A DNA stretch of 64,000 nucleotides from a virus (Duplodnaviria > Caudoviricetes). The position numbers and the translations under genes are program-made. The stretch covers positions 51,288 to 115,287 of the IMG/VR virus record IMGVR_UViG_3300017791_000207; one strand, written 5' to 3'. The notes below the pieces were generated by a model. The model did not search any database, was not told where the DNA came from, and saw only the letters and a program-made list of their open reading frames with translations. The first letter of the stretch is position 1. Each line of letters opens with the position of its first letter. Of this stretch, positions 1-8,003 are shown one piece after another.

Positions 1-211
1 CTTCAAATGCTTTCTTGGCTTTTACCACTTGATTTTGATTACGAGCTAATTTTAGTTTGGCTTTTTGAAGATCACCTGTTTCTACATTTGCTAGTTCTAA
101 CTGAGCATCAATCAAAGCCTCCTGAGCAAATTGTTCGATTTTCTCTTTTTGAATTTGTTTCTCGTCTTTGTTTACAGTTTTAAGCACTGCTGCTACGAAT
201 TTGTTTGTCAT
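1..211 (-). CDS. Hypothetical helical/coiled-coil protein, truncated by the window edge (MTNKFVAAVLKTVNKDEKQ...)
   Basis: ATG at 211 overlaps the TGA stop of the upstream gene (ATGA); frame stays open to base 1. Confidence 0.7.
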   Translation of the reverse strand, partial: MTNKFVAAVLKTVNKDEKQIQKEKIEQFAQEALIDAQLELANVETGDLQKAKLKLARNQNQVVKAKKAFE

Positions 212-963
212 TTTGATGTGTTTTTTAATTTAATTGTTTGAAATGGTTTTGATTCTTGTTTGTTATTAGGAATAAATACTTCTAATTTTTTACGTTTGTT
301 TTTTGATAATGTTGGATAACACTCTTTCGGAGTCAAAGGTACTATAAAATGTTCTTCTATTGTTGGTATGGATTGTAAATCTTTGTTAATGTCTTTCTTA
401 GGAATTTCCTGTGGTAAAGCTTTTACCCATCTTCCTATTAGACTTTTTGGTTTATTAAATTCCTTCACATTAAATGGTTTGCCGATTCTTTCATACTCTT
501 CTATTTCTTCTTTTGAAGCTTTTCGAAATTTAAGTTTGGATTCATATTTTGAATCACCATTCCAACCATTGTTTCTAAGACTCTTATCTACATGCACATT
601 AAAACCTCTTGCATCTTCATAAGAATCTCTTGATAGTTTATAACAGTAATTTATGGGTATTGAATCCTGCCAAGTGTCCTTACCGTTGCATCCTGCCAAA
701 AGAACTATATAACTATCTTTTGGATATTGACAAACTTCTTCTACTATTTCTGCCCATTTTTTAGTATCATAAAGAAGTGGAGTAATATCTTCCTTTTCTT
801 TAACTCCTACAATTATATCACCGCCACTTGTCCAAAAACGGGGTTCACTATCTACTGTATAAATATCAGTAATTGTTGGGGTATGAGCAGGTTTAAACTT
901 AGCACCAATTGGATACCTTCGTTTTGCCTCTTCTAATAAGGCTTCTTGTGAGTTGTTTTCCAT
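208..963 (-). CDS. Hypothetical phage protein (LLEEAKRRYPIG-type N-terminus)
   Basis: 251-aa ORF, tightly packed in the minus-strand operon. Confidence 0.7.
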   Translation of the reverse strand: MENNSQEALLEEAKRRYPIGAKFKPAHTPTITDIYTVDSEPRFWTSGGDIIVGVKEKEDITPLLYDTKKWAEIVEEVCQYPKDSYIVLLAGCNGKDTWQDSIPINYCYKLSRDSYEDARGFNVHVDKSLRNNGWNGDSKYESKLKFRKASKEEIEEYERIGKPFNVKEFNKPKSLIGRWVKALPQEIPKKDINKDLQSIPTIEEHFIVPLTPKECYPTLSKNKRKKLEVFIPNNKQESKPFQTIKLKNTSK

Positions 964-967
964 AAGT

Positions 968-1825
968 TTATTTTATTGTTTTCCACGCTTTTAAACCAAG
1001 TGATTTTATTTCGTATAGTTCTACCTTCTTAAGAGGTTCATTTTGTAAAGGTAAATTATTATTTCCTTTCAAAAAGTTAAAATTACACATGAATGAATAA
1101 TCATTTCCTACTTTAATTCGATATATACCTACTTTCTTTACATGGTATGTGTCAATAAGGTTTTTAGAACTGTCAATTTTAGTCCATGTATAAGTGTCAG
1201 GATTTTGCACGTATGGATCATCTGAAGAATACATAATTTCTACTTCTTTGAAATTTACAGGATCAACTTTCCAATCCAAGAAATCATAACCAATTTCATA
1301 AAATAGAATACTAAAACCAAGAGGTATATTTGAGCAATCTAATACATAGATTCTGTTAGAAGCATTACCTGATAATTGGATCGTGTCACCTACCTGATAT
1401 TGAATACCATTATAAAAGAATAGTGCTGAATCAGAAAGGGTTACAGTATTAAAAGAACCTTGATTAGAATTATTACTTGTCGTACTGAAAAGATGTGTTT
1501 CGCCACCTTGTACATAAAGATGTCCATTACCTGTGAAATTTACCTGATTAAGAGTAGTATAACCATTTGTATAGATGTTTCCACCATAGGGTAAATTGAT
1601 TGTTTGATAATTCAATACATTGTTAAATGTCCAATTATAAATATTATTCCAATTTACACTTGTACTGATTGTCATTGGTCCTTGGAAGCACTGATCACCA
1701 TTGAAACTTTGGTTTGTCAAGTAAGAGCCTGTTACAGGATTATTACATGGTGGTGTAAAGTTACATTGAGCCTGACTTATATAGGAAATACCTGAGAGTA
1801 GGCTGATTAAGATTGTCTTTTTCAT
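968..1825 (-). CDS. Secreted beta-rich protein with Sec signal peptide, resembling Bacteroidota T9SS cargo
   Basis: MKKTILISLLSGISYISQA|Q signal peptide; C-terminal PLGFSILF...LDW...EVEIMYSSDD...WTKI...YRIKV resembles the Ig-like pre-CTD domain of T9SS substrates. Confidence 0.55.
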   Translation of the reverse strand: MKKTILISLLSGISYISQAQCNFTPPCNNPVTGSYLTNQSFNGDQCFQGPMTISTSVNWNNIYNWTFNNVLNYQTINLPYGGNIYTNGYTTLNQVNFTGNGHLYVQGGETHLFSTTSNNSNQGSFNTVTLSDSALFFYNGIQYQVGDTIQLSGNASNRIYVLDCSNIPLGFSILFYEIGYDFLDWKVDPVNFKEVEIMYSSDDPYVQNPDTYTWTKIDSSKNLIDTYHVKKVGIYRIKVGNDYSFMCNFNFLKGNNNLPLQNEPLKKVELYEIKSLGLKAWKTIK

Positions 1826-1827
1826 TT

Positions 1828-2235
1828 TTAGCAAAATTTTTGTTTTATTTCTTGATAAAATTCTTTACCTTCTTCTGAAAGGTCATTTTTAAACCACCAT
1901 TTATCATTATCATGTAGACAAGATAGCTCAATTAAAAATTCTTCTCCTAATTCTTGAATATCTTCGGGCAGCATATTCCATATTCTACTAATCCCTGCTT
2001 CTCCAAATACTTTATCAATTACTTTGCGTAGAGATTTAGGGAGCAATCTACCCACAGCATCTCCATCTGTTTCTACCATAAGGCTTTCTCCACTATACAT
2101 GACTTGTCCCCAATATCTATTTGTAAAGCCTCTGTAGTCTTCTTCCTCTTTCCATCCTATGCAGCGAGGATGTTCTTTGTAATATTGGACTGTATCATCC
2201 AATATCTGTCTTCTACGATTTTTAATTGGTTTCAT
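1828..2235 (-). CDS. Hypothetical protein, paralogue of 12290-12709
   Basis: Shared pattern LD...YY...RC...(D/C)(A/M)(V/I)GR...LP...EF...LHDN...W...L...G. Confidence 0.7.
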   Translation of the reverse strand: MKPIKNRRRQILDDTVQYYKEHPRCIGWKEEEDYRGFTNRYWGQVMYSGESLMVETDGDAVGRLLPKSLRKVIDKVFGEAGISRIWNMLPEDIQELGEEFLIELSCLHDNDKWWFKNDLSEEGKEFYQEIKQKFC

Positions 2236-5053
2236 TGTATAAATTTTTTACATAATAATTCCATCCACTCCATTCCATATAAACGCGCGGTTCTCTTGGT
2301 ACGATAGGGTTGTAAGGAAGATTTTTGAAATCTCTAATATTTTTTACTTTATTCACTAATAGATATTTAATAAAATCTTCGTAATTTAATTTAACATATC
2401 TTATTTTACTTGGAAAGAAATCCTCTTTATTATATTCTTTATAAAATCTATTAGGGTAAAGAGGTAAAATATTTTTTGGAAATTCTATGTTTAATGAACC
2501 TTCTTTCCACTTTCTATATTGTCTAATACTTGATATAATTCCATTATGCTTCTTATTTACTTCAATTATAGTTTTCTTAGCATCTTCATAAGAAATATAT
2601 TTTAATTCTTGTAACTTTTTCCAATTCCATTTACCTTTATAAACCGAATAAGGGTTTTGTGGAATATAAGGAGGATAATTGTCCTTTCTTTTTTCATGAG
2701 TGTTACAATCTAAAATTTCATTTCTTACAAACCATTTAATAGCTTCTTCAAATGATAAAAATCCTTCTTTATAGTTTAAAAATTCGTGCCATCTAAATTT
2801 AACACCATACCTTTTTTCAGGATCTTTTGGAAGATTTGGGGGAAAATCATTTTTTAAAGTCCATTTTTTATATTGTCTAAATGTTTTAATGTTTGAATGA
2901 TTCTCTAAAATATATTTTTTAGCTACTGGATAACTATAAATCTCAGGTTTGAAAATGTTTTTCCAACCAGGCCAATCTCTATAATATTCTCGTGGATATC
3001 GAGGACAACGATAATTTTTTATTTTTAAATATTCTTTCTCTGTATAAATCTGTTCTCTTTTTAAGTATGTTTTTAGTTCTTCTAATGTATAAAACTTACT
3101 TCCTTTTATGAAACTAAATTTAAACACTTCTTTAAAATCAAAAACTTTTAATTTATTACCAGAATATTCCAAAAACTCAATATTTCCCTTAAAAGTACTA
3201 TTATTAGGCTTGGCCTTAAAAGAGGTTATTCTTCCATCTTGTGTTTCTAATGCATTCAGTACTTCGATTAACTTTTCATAATCTTCTGATTCTGAGGGAA
3301 TTATTACATATCCTCGTTTTTTATTAGGATACTTACGAATGCATCTGCCCACTGATTGTACAATATCAATTTTACTTTTCTTGGGATAACCATATAAAAC
3401 AGCATCCGTATTCCTTACATCCATTCCTTCCTGAAAGCAATTTACCGAGGATATAACTGCCTTTTCAGCGTTTACAAAATTACCATATTGATTTTCATAT
3501 AAAAATTCTGTTTGTTTAGAATTAATAGTAGAAGTATTGTAATCTAAACCATGAATCTTTTGAAATTTGTCATAGACTTCTATAAATAACTCGGCTTCAT
3601 GAATAGTGGGATGATAAGTTATTATCTTTTTGATACCATATTTCTGTATTGATTTAATGAGTGCCAACGCAGAAACTAAAATTCGAGTCTTAATACCTAA
3701 CTTAATATTTTTATCAAGGAAAAATTCTTCATTTATTTCCAATATATTCCTTACTTCTTCAGATTTAAAACCTATACTAAGTATTTTATAATCTAAGACT
3801 ATTTTGTTTTGAATCATTTCGGGTAATGAAATATTGGATATAGTTTCTCCAAATTTTTCATTATTCATCCCTATACCCTCATTAAGAAAGATTTTTTCAG
3901 TAGCTGTTAAAAATAGGGCTTTCTCATATTTAGTAGAAGTAACTGCCGAAAGATACTTCTTATTTTCAGGTCCTGCTATTCTATGAGCTTCATCAAAAAT
4001 TGCTAATTGAAAATCAGGAAATTTATTAATGATGGATTCAAAACTTTTTAGAGTTGTAAATACTACAATATTAGCAGTCTTACTTATTCCTTGTATAGCT
4101 TCCATTTGCTTTTCTACAGAAGATGCAAGTAATGCAATTTTATTACTTTTAAGAGGTTTTTGAAATAATGAACCAAAGGCATAAAACCTGTGGTTAGGTA
4201 AAGAGTTCTTGAAAGCTTTTATTTGTTGATATAATAACATTCGGGAAGGGATAACTACTATCAGCCTTTTAATATCTAATTTCTTGACTATTTCAATAGC
4301 TGTATAGGTTTTACCTGATCCACATGGATGTATTACCTTACCTCTGTTATTATCCTTAAAAAATTCTACTGCTTTATTTATGGTGCATGTTTGATGTTCC
4401 CACTCTTTAAATTTAGTAGTTGTCTGTTGATCTTTTGTTGGAATGACTTCCAATTTCCTTACAAGAGGTTTTTCATTTATAAGAGTTGGAATAATAGAAC
4501 TAAAAGCATTTTCGATGTTATTTTTACTTAATTTAGTATCATCTTGAATGGTTTTTAGACAAATTTTCCCCTTTTGTAGAAGTGTGTAAACACCAATTAA
4601 GTTTTGAAGTGCTTTTTTGTCTTTCCCTTGGAGGTTAGTACCTTTATCAAAGGAGTAAGATTCACCACAGTTATTACAGTCATATCTTTTACCGCGCTGT
4701 ATTACATTGGTGCTACTACATTTAATACAAGTTTTGTTATCTCCCCATATAATTTTCTCAAAATAATCATATACAAAGCTTTCAGTAGATGAAATACTCT
4801 CAATATCTTTTCCTTCAAGAGGTCTTTCAAACTTATCATAGGAATTTCTATCTTGAATATCATAAACCTTAAAATAAGATTTATATTTCTTTTTGAGTAC
4901 TTCTAATATTTCCTCTTCTGTAAATTCTTTATCTTGTTCAGCTAAAAATAAATACAAATCAGAAATAAGATCATCTTTTTCAAAGAAGTTACTCTCAAAA
5001 GCACCATTTCTGAATTGTTTATCTATTATTTCGGATATTGTATTATATTCCAT
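2222..5053 (-). CDS. SF2 DEAH-box helicase with N-terminal IS1595-like zinc ribbon and C-terminal P-x-x-P-x-x-x-Y...W repeats
   Basis: Walker A HPCGSGKT, Walker B FDEAH, motif III LTAT, EGMDV, QSVGRCIR; CIKC...YDCNNC; about 5 C-terminal repeats. Confidence 0.85.
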   Translation of the reverse strand: MEYNTISEIIDKQFRNGAFESNFFEKDDLISDLYLFLAEQDKEFTEEEILEVLKKKYKSYFKVYDIQDRNSYDKFERPLEGKDIESISSTESFVYDYFEKIIWGDNKTCIKCSSTNVIQRGKRYDCNNCGESYSFDKGTNLQGKDKKALQNLIGVYTLLQKGKICLKTIQDDTKLSKNNIENAFSSIIPTLINEKPLVRKLEVIPTKDQQTTTKFKEWEHQTCTINKAVEFFKDNNRGKVIHPCGSGKTYTAIEIVKKLDIKRLIVVIPSRMLLYQQIKAFKNSLPNHRFYAFGSLFQKPLKSNKIALLASSVEKQMEAIQGISKTANIVVFTTLKSFESIINKFPDFQLAIFDEAHRIAGPENKKYLSAVTSTKYEKALFLTATEKIFLNEGIGMNNEKFGETISNISLPEMIQNKIVLDYKILSIGFKSEEVRNILEINEEFFLDKNIKLGIKTRILVSALALIKSIQKYGIKKIITYHPTIHEAELFIEVYDKFQKIHGLDYNTSTINSKQTEFLYENQYGNFVNAEKAVISSVNCFQEGMDVRNTDAVLYGYPKKSKIDIVQSVGRCIRKYPNKKRGYVIIPSESEDYEKLIEVLNALETQDGRITSFKAKPNNSTFKGNIEFLEYSGNKLKVFDFKEVFKFSFIKGSKFYTLEELKTYLKREQIYTEKEYLKIKNYRCPRYPREYYRDWPGWKNIFKPEIYSYPVAKKYILENHSNIKTFRQYKKWTLKNDFPPNLPKDPEKRYGVKFRWHEFLNYKEGFLSFEEAIKWFVRNEILDCNTHEKRKDNYPPYIPQNPYSVYKGKWNWKKLQELKYISYEDAKKTIIEVNKKHNGIISSIRQYRKWKEGSLNIEFPKNILPLYPNRFYKEYNKEDFFPSKIRYVKLNYEDFIKYLLVNKVKNIRDFKNLPYNPIVPREPRVYMEWSGWNYYVKNLYNETN

Positions 5054-5232
5054 TATATTCTAAATATTGTTTTGATTAAATTTTTAGTTGCCAAATCAGA
5101 AATAGTTTTAACTACGCCTGATTGTTGTCTTTCTAAATTTTGAGTATATCTTTTCTTATACTCTTCTCGAACTTGTTCAGATTTTTTTAATGACCATTTT
5201 CCATGAACAAGATATTTGTCTATTGTATTCAT
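5053..5232 (-). CDS. 59-aa basic protein between RT and helicase (MNTIDKYLVHGKWSLKKSEQVREEYKK...), absent from the ORF track
   Basis: Start overlaps the RT stop (ATGA); stop overlaps the helicase start (TAATG). Confidence 0.7.
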   Translation of the reverse strand: MNTIDKYLVHGKWSLKKSEQVREEYKKRYTQNLERQQSGVVKTISDLATKNLIKTIFRI

Positions 5233-6170
5233 TGTATTAAAAGTTTAGCTTCAAGATTCCTCGCGTTGGCATGACCAGTCCAACCAAGATAGGAAGCGAT
5301 TGATGTTAATTTGTGCCTGTTTCTTCGGAAATTTTCTTTGATATATTTTCTTACTTTTACTTTATCCTGATCAATTACATAACCAAGGAAGTCCAAAGGT
5401 CTTTTATTGATAGGAAATACTTGTTTATTCGAGAGTTTCAATCTTAATTTTTTATCAAGGTAATCTTCAATCTCATTTTTCAAGTAATATAAATACTCTT
5501 TACTCTCATGAAATATTACAATGTCATCGCAGTAGATAGCAAGATATTTTATTTTTATGACTTCTTTAAGGTAATGTGAGAATTCGTTAAGATAAACATT
5601 TCCAAACCACTGCGAGGTAAAATTACCAAGTACGCAGCCATGCTCGATAGAATCAATAATCAAATCTAACAACCACAATAAATCAGGATCTTTAAACTTA
5701 CGTCTCAGAAAGCCTTTCAAAAGGTCGTGAGATAGTGATGGGTAAAATTTCTGAATATCCATCTTCAAAACATACTTAGTTCCTTTCCTATCTTTAAGAT
5801 GTTTCTTAATGTCTTTCAAGCACTTATGGACTCCGCGCGATTTAAGGCAAGAATAGGTCTGAGAAATAAAACTATCTTTTAAAATATCTCCAATGACAAG
5901 TATTATCGCCCATTGAACAACACGATCTTTAAATGGAAGCTTTGAAATAATTCTTTCTTTAGGCTCATAAATCTTGAATACGAAATACTCCGATAACTTA
6001 TAGGTTCTTGTTAATAATTCTTGCTGTAAGAGTCTCAAATTTTCACTTAAATTACTGTTCCATATCCTAACATCCTTCTTCTTTCTTTTGCCTTTCTGCG
6101 CCTTCTGAGAAGCCTTTATGAGGTTCTCCATACTCACTATCTTATAGAATAAATTTCCTTTTCTTTTCAT
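5229..6170 (-). CDS. DGR reverse transcriptase
   Basis: MKRxGNL N-terminus, EPKER, FKDRVVQ, KMDIQKFYPS, DGR signature LGNFTSQ, catalytic YCDD, DFLGY; adjacent TR/VR pair. Confidence 0.96.
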   Translation of the reverse strand: MKRKGNLFYKIVSMENLIKASQKAQKGKRKKKDVRIWNSNLSENLRLLQQELLTRTYKLSEYFVFKIYEPKERIISKLPFKDRVVQWAIILVIGDILKDSFISQTYSCLKSRGVHKCLKDIKKHLKDRKGTKYVLKMDIQKFYPSLSHDLLKGFLRRKFKDPDLLWLLDLIIDSIEHGCVLGNFTSQWFGNVYLNEFSHYLKEVIKIKYLAIYCDDIVIFHESKEYLYYLKNEIEDYLDKKLRLKLSNKQVFPINKRPLDFLGYVIDQDKVKVRKYIKENFRRNRHKLTSIASYLGWTGHANARNLEAKLLIQ

Positions 6171-6330
6171 TCTTTTATTTTATCACTCAACATCCCTGAG
6201 TGCTTATTACTAAGTCTCTTTCTACAATGATACTAAAGCCCGTTCAACTCATCTGTTTTTTACCACGGCTAGAAATGAGAAATATATTCTAACTTTATAG
6301 GTAGGGTCTAATTGTCTTTCTTTTTTATAA
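6171..6330 (-). ncRNA. DGR spacer RNA between TR and RT
   Basis: 160 nt non-coding segment directly 3' of TR and 5' of RT on the minus strand. Confidence 0.7.
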
Positions 6331-6406
6331 TAAACATACGTCTGAAGGAATCATCGTGTTGTTGTTCCAATTGTTGTTGTAGTTGACAACTCAGTCGTGA
6401 TCAGAC
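6331..6406 (-). repeat. DGR template repeat (TR)
   Basis: Non-coding, AAC-rich (GTC AAC TAC AAC AAC AAT TGG AAC AAC AAC); gap-free 76-nt match to 6543-6618 with 18 mismatches, all at TR adenines. Confidence 0.96.
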
Positions 6407-6464
6407 TTTGACTAAGGGGGTAGAATGTAGACACATTCAATTAGACCTTTTACTTGCTTTTATA

Positions 6465-7016
6465 CTACTCGTTTATCATTGAATAGTCATCATATATTTC
6501 AGGGAACATTTCATATGCTTTTAAAGCTAATTTTGAAGATTTAAAACACACGCCCGAAGGAAGCAACGCGCCGTTGCTCCAATCGTAGCTGCAGTAGACA
6601 ACCCAGCCGAGATCAGACGAATAATACTTGTATGGAAAATATTTACCCATACTTGTATCTTTCCAAGTAAGCTCAGTTCCTCCATTCATTACTTCCGAAA
6701 TAATCATCATCTTTTCAGATGCATTGATACTTTTTTGACGTGGGGTGAGTTTATTACCTTGGTAAGGAAGAACCAATTTATCTAGTCTTTCTTGAATGAC
6801 AGACTTATCGATATCTCCTGGTTCTTTAAGGTATTTCTTCAGAGTTTTAGTTTGTTCTTCGTTGGCAGCTTCAAACATTTCAGATACTTGTGCTTGTGTA
6901 AGTTCTGTATCTTCAAATAGAGAAGTCATTTTCTTGATTTTACTCTTCCAATCTTGACAAGCGATATCAAAAATGGCTTTCATACCTTCGTAAGGTACTT
7001 TTTGTGTGTTACTCAT
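6465..7016 (-). CDS. DGR target protein (~183 aa; VR near C-terminus followed by CFKS...YDDY tail; possibly minimal C-type-lectin-like fold)
   Basis: Contains VR; likely start MSNTQKV at 7016 after an A-rich leader; fold is inference. Confidence 0.9.
   Translation of the reverse strand: MSNTQKVPYEGMKAIFDIACQDWKSKIKKMTSLFEDTELTQAQVSEMFEAANEEQTKTLKKYLKEPGDIDKSVIQERLDKLVLPYQGNKLTPRQKSINASEKMMIISEVMNGGTELTWKDTSMGKYFPYKYYSSDLGWVVYCSYDWSNGALLPSGVCFKSSKLALKAYEMFPEIYDDYSMINE
6543..6618 (-). repeat. DGR variable repeat (VR) within the target gene
   Basis: Encodes SDLGWVVYCSYDWSNGALLPSGVCF; differs from TR only at adenines. Confidence 0.96.
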
Positions 7017-7026
7017 GTGTTTTGTT

Positions 7027-7281
7027 TTACTGTTTATAAATATATAGATAATTGTTGATAACTTTATATACAAATCCTTTATAAAAAACAGACTTAGCAT
7101 CAATTTCACTTATCCTATAAAGAAACTCTAACCAAGCATCTTCTTCCTCTCCAAAATTAGCATCATCATAATCAGATAAACTAGGATGATCTAAAATTTC
7201 GGAGGCTCCTTCAGATAAGGTAAAGGAATTATACACCTCGTCTAAATTTTTAGCTTTTAATATTAACCTGTCTTCTATCAT
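7027..7281 (-). CDS. Small acidic hypothetical protein
   Basis: 84-aa ORF immediately upstream of the DGR target. Confidence 0.6.
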   Translation of the reverse strand: MIEDRLILKAKNLDEVYNSFTLSEGASEILDHPSLSDYDDANFGEEEDAWLEFLYRISEIDAKSVFYKGFVYKVINNYLYIYKQ

Positions 7282-7589
7282 TCAAAATTTATTTAGGTCA
7301 TTAATTGGAAAGTTAGTAAGGTGATCTTCAGGTATCTCAATTCGGTTGATACCTTGTGGTTGAGCGGGAATATTGGTTTTGATTGGCTCACCATAGAATA
7401 AGAAGTTCATTATTTTGCGTATCATCAGTTTTTAGATTGAGACGATTATTAGTATTAATATTAACCAAATAAATATGTTGAGTAGTTTCAAGTAGAGTGC
7501 AAAGTTAAGTTGATTATGTGAATATTAGTTGTTAAAAATTCGATAATTAAAAATTATGGTATTATAAAAACAAATATATGATAAAATTG

Positions 7590-7620
7590 ATTGGAATGTG
7601 GAAAATTTACCATAACTTTG
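7590..7620 (+). promoter_or_regulatory. Bacteroidota-type promoter
   Basis: TTG-N19-TAACTTTG. Confidence 0.55.
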
Positions 7621-8003
7621 CGTATCTGAAGCACAGCATTCGGGCTAAAGTCATTCCATCGCTACTTTACAGAGAGCTTGCAGATGAAATCCTCCTCATC
7701 TTTGGAGAGGGTACAGTTATACTTTTTTGGGAGAACCTTTATTAGTTTTTCTATACCATTGACTATTAGGAGTACGAAGTACAGAACACCCACAAGTCAA
7801 GAAGGAGTACGAAAGGAAACCTGTAAGTATAGAGTGCTAGACTAAAAGTGCGAAGCACAAAGGTTTAAACCATTAACTATACAACTAGAAACCAAAATAG
7901 TACTCAAATAGAGAATCAAGAGTGGAAATGTAAAATAGAGGAAACGATCAAGAATAAGTACGAAATATGAGGCGTTTTCTTGACATTTATCAAGATTATA
8001 ATT

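Larger units (their letters stand above)
5229..7016 (-). mobile_element. Diversity-generating retroelement cassette: target(VR)-TR-spacer-RT, no avd seen
   Basis: RT motifs plus an adenine-specific TR/VR pair within 1.8 kb. Confidence 0.95.

Noticed and set aside
4600-4770. IS1595 insertion sequence
   Set aside because: Only the zinc-ribbon portion is present, in frame within the helicase; no DDE domain or terminal inverted repeats seen
5229-6170. RT as group II intron, retron or Abi RT
   Set aside because: Has the DGR LGxxxSQ signature, no maturase or endonuclease domain, no retron VTG motif, and an adjacent adenine-specific TR/VR pair
7017-7109. N-terminal extension of the DGR target given by the ORF track
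   Set aside because: Overlaps the upstream gene; ATG 7016 has the typical A-rich leader
7027-7281. Upstream ORF as Avd
   Set aside because: 84 aa and acidic; Avd is a basic four-helix bundle of about 120 aa
7621-8003. Hammerhead ribozyme, or a 53-aa ORF starting near 7684
   Set aside because: No CUGANGA core; the ORF lacks a typical leader and has atypical composition
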